Assembly (NCBI GenBank): GCA_030754995.1
Contig: JASLZG010000002.1
Span: 11,867 to 51,663, forward strand
Length of the DNA: 39,797 bases
Reading direction: 5' to 3'
Source: Lentisphaeria bacterium
GTDB taxonomy: Bacteria > Verrucomicrobiota > Lentisphaeria > JABSQK01 > CAJWLW01
Part shown: positions 9,035 to 15,559 of the stretch, in pieces
How the letters are laid out: every line of letters begins with the position of its first letter
Position numbering within the stretch: position 1 is the stretch's first letter
Position numbers and translations under genes: made by a program
The notes under the pieces: generated by a model
The model's database searches: none
What the model was told of the DNA's origin: nothing
Seen by the model: only the letters and a program-made list of their open reading frames with translations

Positions 9035-9634
9035 TCAGCGTGTACGCGGGAGCGGCGTCAGCCCGACGGTCTGTTCCGCCTCGTGCATCGTCTGTTCAGC
9101 GCGCACCCGGGAGCGGCATTCCGGACAGATGCCGTGGCTGAAATCGGTGCCGAGTTTGTGACGGATGACAGTTTCGATCTGCATCCATTCCTCCTCGTCG
9201 CGCAGGCGTTTGCAGTAGGTGCAGATGGTAACAAGCCGATTGAGCATGCCGATGCGTGACATGTAGCCGAGGATGCGTTCGGCGACGTCGAGGCGCATGC
9301 GCAGTTCGAACTCATTGATCGGCTTGAAGAGGAAATCGTCGATGCCCGACATCGAGGCCAGTTCGTAATTGTGGTCGGTGTGTTTCCGGGCAGTCGCCAC
9401 GATGTAGTAGGTATATCCGGCTCTTTGCAGCTGGCGGATATCGCGGCAGAGGGTCAAGGCACCCATGCTGGAGTCGTTCCAGTTGGCGATGACCAGCCGT
9501 ATGTCGTGCTCACATACTGCCTGCAACGCCCGATCCGGATCACCGGCGCGAATGATTTCGTGGTCGCCGTCCGTCAACAGGTTTTGCAGGTGCAAATGGT
9601 CGGCATCACCATCATCGACTACAAGAATTCTCAT
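9035..9634 (-). CDS. Response-regulator receiver protein with a C-terminal 4-Cys (CxxC...CxxC) module; acceptor Asp apparently replaced by Asn
   Basis: MRILVVDDGD... is a REC fold with conserved LFKPI (Lys109 equivalent). The stretch RLVIANWNDSSMGA aligns with CheY FVISDWNMPNMDG. The C-terminus is ICTYCKRLRDEEEWMQIETVIRHKLGTDFSHGICPEC. GGTGAGAG precedes the ATG. Confidence 0.8.
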   Translation of the reverse strand: MRILVVDDGDADHLHLQNLLTDGDHEIIRAGDPDRALQAVCEHDIRLVIANWNDSSMGALTLCRDIRQLQRAGYTYYIVATARKHTDHNYELASMSGIDDFLFKPINEFELRMRLDVAERILGYMSRIGMLNRLVTICTYCKRLRDEEEWMQIETVIRHKLGTDFSHGICPECRSRVRAEQTMHEAEQTVGLTPLPRTR

Positions 9635-9697
9635 TTACTCTCACCAATTTTCGACGTCAGGCGTTTCACTTCCGCAATGACGGTCGGTTGGCCGGGA

Positions 9698-9739
9698 CAC
9701 GAAAATCGCGAACACGAAAATCGCGAACACGAAAACCGC
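9698..9739. repeat. 2.8 copies of a 15-bp direct repeat CACGAAAATCGCGAA upstream of the response regulator
   Basis: Units at 9698-9712 and 9713-9727 are identical. A partial third unit CACGAAAACCGC lies at 9728-9739. The repeats sit 64-105 bp upstream of the start codon at 9634. Confidence 0.9.
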
Positions 9740-10325
9740 TCAAACACAAGTATGTTATAAGACTTTTTTCGGGAAATTTCAACCGTTAGAGGCGGAAAGC
9801 TTATAAAGAATCCGGCGGCGACGGGGAAAATACAGCCGGGACTGTTGCAAAGTGTTCCAGAAATCGGCAGAACGCGTGTTGACCCGATTTTTCAGCATAT
9901 CCCCACTCCGCCTACTGGAAACTGTAATATATATTTGTAAATCGTTGATTATTAATTATTTAATCTTTATTTTTGGCGCTTGATGGACGCTTGAACTTCA
10001 CTACCAATGGACAGCTTTTAGTGGACCACTGCAAGATGTGAATCTGCCACCTTGATCGCTCCCAAAACAAGGCGGGATCAAATGGGGAATATTTTCAGGT
10101 TGGAAATGCAGGATTCAAGCAGCACGCTGCCCAGTTGGGGCTATTCGCAGCGTGCCACGGCAAGAATTCTCGGTGTAAACAGCCGGGCGGCTGCGAGTCA
10201 TCCGGCAAGGTACGAGGACGGCGCACCGCATTTACCAGGATCTGGTTTGACGACTGCCAGTTCAGCGGCGGCTAAGACTGTGTTCAGTGCTTTGTGCGGG
10301 GCTGTGCGGGAGGTGCGGGCTATTG

Positions 10326-11267
10326 TCAGCGTTCCACCCAACTGTTGTTGGTGCCCTTGAGGTCGTTGACGACCCGCCCCTGCAGCTGCGAGCCGACAGT
10401 AAAGAAGCTGTTGTCCGCCGATCCCTTGACTCGGGCGTGCCGGTTCTTCGGCACCGCCACGGTACCTGAGTAGTTCGATTCCGTTATTGTCAGATTATCG
10501 TAAGGATACGGGGCCTGCACGAAATTGATCACGAAATTCGAACCGTCCAGAATGATATCCAGCGGCTTGGCCTCGTTGCCCACCGAGGCCGCGGCGGTCT
10601 GTGGCGGTGCTGTGACGATGGCGAAATCGGCCCGTGCCACTGCCAGCTGGGCCCTAAGTCCGCGGATTTCCTCCTCGGCGCTCCCCACCGTCTGCCTCAA
10701 CTCGGTCAATTGCTTTCGGACCGAGTCGGTGGCGGCAGCAGCATTCTCCGAGTCGTCCCGTACCGCTTTGACGGCGGCCAGCAATTCCTGCTCGTCCCTC
10801 GTCAACTCCGTCCGCATTTCCGCCATCTCCTCCGACAGACGCGTCGCGGTCTGCGCCGCGTCGACACTTACCTTCTCGGCAGAGATAGCGGCTTCGAGTG
10901 ATTCACGGCTCATCTTCTGCATGTGTGCCGCGGCATCGGCGCTGCTGGCTGCGGCCTGGCGAGCGGCGGCGGCGGCACGTGCCGTCTCCGAGGTGTCGAG
11001 GCGCGAGTAGGAAACCGTTGTCTCGGCATTTGTCGCCAGGCGATCGAGTACTTCGACGCGCGCATCGAAGCCGCGCTCGACTTTGCCGGTGACATAGACG
11101 ACGTCATCGACCAACTTCTGGGTGCGCGTCATCATGTCGGACAATGTTTGTATCTGCCGGTGCATCCAGACCAGAGCCAAAACGCCAACGATGGTAACCA
11201 GGACGGCAATCGTGCGCCACTGCCTGGCGGTGGATTCGATGCGGGCAAGCTCGCGGACATCAGACAT
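10326..11267 (-). CDS. Membrane-anchored coiled-coil protein of unknown function
   Basis: 313 aa. One N-terminal TM helix (WRTIAVLVTIVGVLALVWM), about 170 aa of Ala/Glu/Arg-rich heptad-like sequence, then a C-terminal domain of about 100 aa that looks beta-rich. Confidence 0.7.
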   Translation of the reverse strand: MSDVRELARIESTARQWRTIAVLVTIVGVLALVWMHRQIQTLSDMMTRTQKLVDDVVYVTGKVERGFDARVEVLDRLATNAETTVSYSRLDTSETARAAAAARQAAASSADAAAHMQKMSRESLEAAISAEKVSVDAAQTATRLSEEMAEMRTELTRDEQELLAAVKAVRDDSENAAAATDSVRKQLTELRQTVGSAEEEIRGLRAQLAVARADFAIVTAPPQTAAASVGNEAKPLDIILDGSNFVINFVQAPYPYDNLTITESNYSGTVAVPKNRHARVKGSADNSFFTVGSQLQGRVVNDLKGTNNSWVER

Positions 11268-11348
11268 TTTCGGGCTCCGTCGTCGGTGATGATGGCGGCA
11301 TTACGACCAGGATAGTGAATTCCTTACTATACACAGGGAAACAATCAC

Positions 11349-11376
11349 TTGACAATATGCTGACGTCAGCTAGTGT
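11349..11376 (+). promoter_or_regulatory. Candidate sigma70-type promoter with an embedded 12-bp perfect palindrome
   Basis: TTGACA (11349-11354), a 16-nt spacer, then TAGTGT (11371-11376). The spacer contains GCTGACGTCAGC (11359-11370). GAGGAG RBS at 11404-11409 precedes the ATG at 11413. Confidence 0.3.
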
Positions 11377-11412
11377 TGTGTTGCCAGCCGGAGCGCCCGA
11401 ATCGAGGAGATA

Positions 11413-12654
11413 ATGAAAAGAGCATTGCTTTGTGCCGCCTTCATCTGTCCGGTCCTTTTAGCGGAAACTGCGTCCTTCCGTCTCGGCGTCGATGTGCTGA
11501 TGGAGGCGCTGGACAATCCACAGGTGTATCCGGGGTATGCCGACCTGGTGCTTGGTCGACGGGTCGGACTGATCACCAACCAGACTGGCCGCAATCGAGA
11601 GGGCGTGCTAACCATCGACCTGCTGCACGCCCATGATGCCGTGAACCTGACGCTGCTCTTTGCGCCGGAGCACGGTATCCGCGGCGTTATCCCGGCTGGC
11701 GAAGCCGTCGACCAATCGATCGACCGTTCCACCGGCCTGCCGATACACTCGCTGTACGGGGCCAACGACAAACGACCGCCACCGGTAGTGCTGGATCAGG
11801 TAGACGTGCTGATTTACGATATCCAGGATGTCGGCAGCCGGGCGTACACCTACATTTGGAGCATGGCGGAAGCGATGGCGGCGGCTGGCGAACATGACAA
11901 GACGTTCGTTGTGCTGGACCGTCCCAATCCGCTCGGTGGCCACACGATCGACGGCCCGATCACGGAGGGCAAATGGCTGTCGTTCATCGGGCTGTATCCG
12001 ATTCCGCGGGTGTACGGCATGACGCCGGGCGAGCTCGCCCGATATCTCAACCGCGAGCATGAGCTGGACTGCAACCTGATTGTCGTGCCGATGACCGGAT
12101 ACGGTCGCGACTTGAAATGGGAAGACCTGGGGCTGGAATGGATTCCGCCGTCACCGAATATTCCGTCCGCAGCATCGGCGGCGACTTTCGCTGCCACTGG
12201 CACGCTGGGTATGCTTGGTGAGTTCTACATCGGCATCGGCACGCCACACGCTTTCCAGTTGGTCGGAGCGCCCTGGCTCAATGCGCAGGACTCGGCTGCG
12301 GCCTTGAACGCCCATGAATTGCCCGGTGTCGAATTCGTTCCGGTGGCGGTGCCCAACACGTCCGGAGAGCACGGTGGGGGGGGCATACAGGCAGTGCATC
12401 TGCGGCTGACCGAACCGACCCGGTTCCTGCCGGCGACCACCGAGCTCGTGCTGCTGCGGCATCTGCAGTCGCGCTACGGCGACCAATGGCGCTGGCGTTC
12501 GGACTGTCTCAAACGATTCGACAAAGCCATGGGCACAAGCGTCGTGAGGCGCTCGATCGTCGGCGGCGTCGCACTTTCCGATATCGTCGATGAGTGGGCC
12601 AAGGCGCACCGTGCGTTCAATGACAAACGCCTGCGGTATCTCATCTATGAATAG
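11413..12654 (+). CDS. DUF1343 family protein (NamZ/YbbC-like exo-beta-N-acetylmuramidase family)
   Basis: Signal peptide followed by the family-typical GLITNQTG, LFAPEHG and DIQDVGSRAYTYIWSM motifs. Strong RBS. Confidence 0.85.
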   Translation: MKRALLCAAFICPVLLAETASFRLGVDVLMEALDNPQVYPGYADLVLGRRVGLITNQTGRNREGVLTIDLLHAHDAVNLTLLFAPEHGIRGVIPAGEAVDQSIDRSTGLPIHSLYGANDKRPPPVVLDQVDVLIYDIQDVGSRAYTYIWSMAEAMAAAGEHDKTFVVLDRPNPLGGHTIDGPITEGKWLSFIGLYPIPRVYGMTPGELARYLNREHELDCNLIVVPMTGYGRDLKWEDLGLEWIPPSPNIPSAASAATFAATGTLGMLGEFYIGIGTPHAFQLVGAPWLNAQDSAAALNAHELPGVEFVPVAVPNTSGEHGGGGIQAVHLRLTEPTRFLPATTELVLLRHLQSRYGDQWRWRSDCLKRFDKAMGTSVVRRSIVGGVALSDIVDEWAKAHRAFNDKRLRYLIYE

Positions 12655-12770
12655 ATGTTCAGTGTTCAGGGGAGCGAGCCGGTTTCTGGCACCTGACGCC
12701 TGGCACCCGAACAGCTGACGCCCGAATGCCCGAGTAGAAGCGATTGGAGCCACAGATCAATCATGAGGTC

Positions 12771-13625
12771 ATGAAGCAGATCTCGCGCCCGCATGTGCTG
12801 GTGTACCTGCTTTTCGTAAGTCCGTCGGTACTGGCAGTGTTGCAGCACAAACGCCTGCTCAGCGCAGCGCTGCTGGTTCTGACCGTATGTCTACTGTCGA
12901 GCGCCTGCACCTCGGTCCCGGTAATCATGAAGAGCCGTTATGTCATGGACGGCGTCTACGACTGGTTTCAGGCCGAAGTTGCGGATGTGCGGCTGACGAA
13001 CGACGGCGAGCTGCGCTGGCGTGAACCCGATGTGCTGCCGCATACAGACACGGTACGTGGCTGCCGGATCGATTTTTCGACCGCGGACGAAATGCCGCCA
13101 ACCAGCGACTTCCAGCCGGCGCCATACGGCATTTGGATCGGTGCTACCGACGTCAAGCTGTGGCACCTTCCGCAGGGATCCGAGAAACCGATCATTGTCA
13201 GTCTGCGAACGGTTCTGGCACTGATGCAGGCCTTCAATGACGGTCATCCGGCGGCAGCGCCCGGCGAGATTCTCGACAGCCAGGTCTCCGAGGGCATGCA
13301 GATACTGCGTAAGACGGTGAGCATCGGTATTGTCGTTGTCCTCTTCCTGCGCGCCTGGGCAATGACCTTGATCATGCCGCTGTCGGCGGTTTTTGCCGTC
13401 GCCCTGTGCTCCGTTTTCGCCCGGTCTCGGAGGCCAATTCGGCAGATTGTCGTGTTGTACCTCTACAGCGCTATCCCGCCGCTGTTGATCGCTTCGACTT
13501 ACGAAGTCCTGTTCGGCATCAGTTTCTTCTATGTCTTCTGTTTCGCATTTTTGCTGTACCACCTGTATGTCATCCGCTCGCTGCGCCTGCTGGGCCTGGA
13601 CCCGGACCAGGGGGGAGAGAAGTGA
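12771..13625 (+). CDS. Hypothetical membrane protein (possible lipoprotein N-terminus, 3-4 C-terminal TM helices)
   Basis: The ORF is open from TTG 12744, and the first in-frame ATG is 12771. LLSSAC is a lipobox-like motif. The C-terminal third is hydrophobic. The stop TGA overlaps the xerD ATG by 1 nt. Confidence 0.6.
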   Translation: MKQISRPHVLVYLLFVSPSVLAVLQHKRLLSAALLVLTVCLLSSACTSVPVIMKSRYVMDGVYDWFQAEVADVRLTNDGELRWREPDVLPHTDTVRGCRIDFSTADEMPPTSDFQPAPYGIWIGATDVKLWHLPQGSEKPIIVSLRTVLALMQAFNDGHPAAAPGEILDSQVSEGMQILRKTVSIGIVVVLFLRAWAMTLIMPLSAVFAVALCSVFARSRRPIRQIVVLYLYSAIPPLLIASTYEVLFGISFFYVFCFAFLLYHLYVIRSLRLLGLDPDQGGEK

Positions 13626-13762
13626 TGCGTGATCGGATCGACGAATTTCTTGCCGGTGCGGACGTAGAAAAAAGGCTGGCGTGGGGAGTGATGCTCGATC
13701 AGATCGAGGAATTTCTTTTTGCCGGTGCGAAGGTGGAAAAAGGGCTGGCTCGCAACAGCGTG
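13625..13762 (+). repeat. Tandem duplication (66 + 72 bp, roughly 80% identical by eye) covering the 5' end of xerD
   Basis: Copy A (13625-13690) begins atgcgtgatcggatcgacgaatttcttgccggtgcgg.... Copy B (13691-13762) begins atgctcgatcagatcgaggaatttctttttgccggtgcga.... The peptides are RIDEFLAGADVEKRLA and QIEEFLFAGAKVEKGLA. Confidence 0.85.
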
Positions 13763-14680
13763 ATGGCGTACAAGACAGATTTGCTGCAATTCGCAATGAA
13801 TCTTGTCGAACATGATGTCGAACATGATGACATCAGTAGTTGGGATGCAGTCACGCGCGATCACATTGTCGATTTCCTCGATACTGTCAAGGCCGCGGAA
13901 TCAGCAACCTCCACGATGGCACGCAAACTCGTGTCGATCAGAGTCTTTTACCGCTATCTCTACCGCGGGGGTATCCTGGAGCGGAATGTGACGGAGGTTA
14001 TGAACGTACCGCGACTGTGGCTTCTGTTGCCGGGACACCTGAGCAAGGCCGAGGTGGACGATCTGCTGGAGGTCAACGCCAATGCCTGCAAAGACGACGG
14101 CCTGGTCCTGCGCAATCAGTCGATGCTGGAACTGCTGTACGCCTCGGGGTTGCGGGTCAGTGAGTTGGTCATGCTGACGACCGACGAACTGAAGCTGCCG
14201 TCGAAGATCCTTCGGATCACTGGTAAAGGCAACAAGACTCGGTTGGTGCCAATCGGTGAACAGGCACAATCACGGCTCGAGCTGTATCTGAAGCATGTGC
14301 GACCGGAGCTGGAGCTGCAGCGAGAACCGCCTTGCCCGCAGGTATTTCTGTCGAAAAGCGGTCGGAGGCTAACGCGCGCCCGGGTTTGGGCGATTGTCAA
14401 GGAATGCGCCAAACTTGCGGGCATCAAAAAGGACGTGTCCCCGCATACGCTGCGGCATTCCTTCGCCACCCATTTGCTTGCCAACGGTGCTGACCTGCGG
14501 ATCATTCAGGAAATGCTGGGCCACGCGGACATCGGCACGACGGGCGTCTACACCCATGTCGATCCCGATAGCCCGGCCCATGCTGCACACGCCCAGTTCC
14601 ACCCGCGCGGCCGCGAGGTGGAGGAAGAGGAAGAGGAGGAAGAGGAGGAAGAGGAGGACCCAGTTCCACCCGCGCCGTAG
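13625..14680 (+). CDS. xerD: Tyrosine recombinase, XerC/XerD family
   Basis: GGAGAG RBS before the ATG at 13625. The N-terminal SAM-like domain (KGLARNSVMAYKTDL) and the catalytic C-terminus HTLRHSFATHLLANGADLRIIQEMLGHADIGTTGVYTHV are both present. XerC versus XerD cannot be resolved by eye. An alternative start is ATG 13691. Confidence 0.85.
   Translation: MRDRIDEFLAGADVEKRLAWGVMLDQIEEFLFAGAKVEKGLARNSVMAYKTDLLQFAMNLVEHDVEHDDISSWDAVTRDHIVDFLDTVKAAESATSTMARKLVSIRVFYRYLYRGGILERNVTEVMNVPRLWLLLPGHLSKAEVDDLLEVNANACKDDGLVLRNQSMLELLYASGLRVSELVMLTTDELKLPSKILRITGKGNKTRLVPIGEQAQSRLELYLKHVRPELELQREPPCPQVFLSKSGRRLTRARVWAIVKECAKLAGIKKDVSPHTLRHSFATHLLANGADLRIIQEMLGHADIGTTGVYTHVDPDSPAHAAHAQFHPRGREVEEEEEEEEEEEEDPVPPAP
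14592..14675 (+). repeat. 17-bp perfect direct repeats CCCAGTTCCACCCGCGC flanking a (GAG/GAA)n tract at the 3' end of xerD
   Basis: The copies lie at 14592-14608 and 14659-14675, offset by 67 bp. The poly-Glu-coding tract lies between them. The second copy is read in a different frame (DPVPPAP*). Confidence 0.9.
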
Positions 14681-14716
14681 GCGGGGTGACGTGAGTTTTG
14701 ACACTTCGCGACACCA

Positions 14717-14744
14717 TTGACGCGGTGTGGCGTACGCGTATATT
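14717..14744 (+). promoter_or_regulatory. Candidate sigma70-type promoter of the ECF sigma gene
   Basis: TTGACG (14717-14722), a 16-nt spacer, then TATATT (14739-14744). It lies about 45 nt upstream of the GGGAGAGG RBS and the ATG at 14791. Confidence 0.35.
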
Positions 14745-14790
14745 AGACTTAGGCGCTTACTTAAGATATCTACCCGTCCCGGGAGAGGCC

Positions 14791-15393
14791 ATGATACCGG
14801 AAGAATCTGCCTGGAAGACCCGTGAATCTCTGCTGATGCGGGTCAAGGATCAGACCGATGAACAGTCGTGGGAGGACTTTGTCCACTACTATCGACCGTT
14901 CATCTACAATCTGGCCCGCGGCATGAAGATCCAGCATCACGATGCCGAGGAGATTGTCCAGACGGTGCTGGTCAAGTCATGGAACAAGTTGCCCGAGTTC
15001 GAGTATGACCGCGGCAAGGGAAGATTTCGCGGCTGGCTGTGCCAGGTGTCCGGCAATGCGGTCCGCGACTTTCTCCGCAAGCGGCGGGGGACGGATACAG
15101 GCAATGCCGATGTTTACGACGACACGATGATTGAGATAACAAAGCTGCCGGAAATCGAAAAGATCGCCGAGCGCGAGTGGCGGCGCTACCTCTCGAAACT
15201 GGCGTGGAAAACTGTCGAAAAGAAGTTCAAGCCGCATGTCGCCCAGGCCTTCCTTCTGGCTGTCGAGGGAACGTCGCCAGAAGCGATCGTCGAGGAACTT
15301 GGCATCGCCAAGTCCAGTGTATACGTCTATAAGAGCCGGGTGCAAAAAGAGTTGCGCGCCGAGATCGTCCGCCTGAACCGGCTGCTCGGCTGA
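14791..15393 (+). CDS. RNA polymerase sigma factor, ECF (sigma-70 group 4) family
   Basis: Region 2 (FVHYYRPFIYNLARGMKIQHHDAEEIVQTVLVKSWNKLPEF...RFRGWLCQVSGNAVRDFLRKRR) and a region 4 HTH (SPEAIVEELGIAKSSVYVYKSRV) are present. GGGAGAGG RBS. Confidence 0.85.
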   Translation: MIPEESAWKTRESLLMRVKDQTDEQSWEDFVHYYRPFIYNLARGMKIQHHDAEEIVQTVLVKSWNKLPEFEYDRGKGRFRGWLCQVSGNAVRDFLRKRRGTDTGNADVYDDTMIEITKLPEIEKIAEREWRRYLSKLAWKTVEKKFKPHVAQAFLLAVEGTSPEAIVEELGIAKSSVYVYKSRVQKELRAEIVRLNRLLG

Positions 15394-15503
15394 GCCAGCC
15401 CGAGATCATGGCACCGTGGAAGTTGCCAGGTGACGATGATCTGCCGCCCGCGTTTATGGCTTGCCGGCTGCGCCGGCAAGCGTGATTACCCCCCTTCTAC
15501 AGC

Positions 15504-15535
15504 AAAAAAGCCCCGATGTTCATCGGGGCTTTTTT
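15504..15535. terminator. Bidirectional intrinsic terminator between the convergent sigma gene and secretin operon
   Basis: AAAAAA-GCCCCGATG-tt-CATCGGGGC-TTTTTT. The GC-rich stem is flanked by an A-run on one side and a T-run on the other. It lies 25 nt beyond the secretin stop and 110 nt beyond the sigma stop. Confidence 0.85.
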
Positions 15536-15559
15536 GCGTAAGTCGCAGTGGTGCGGATC

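Noticed and set aside
9698-9739. Whether the short tandem repeats here and at 19816-19923 could be a CRISPR array.
   Set aside because: The units are contiguous with no spacers and are only 12-15 bp long. The second set is in frame inside a coding region. No cas genes are present.
13406-13624. The N-terminal extension of the xerD ORF (the track starts it at 13406).
   Set aside because: This part overlaps the 3' end of the upstream membrane-protein gene in another frame. The ATG at 13625 has a GGAGAG RBS and a stop/start overlap.
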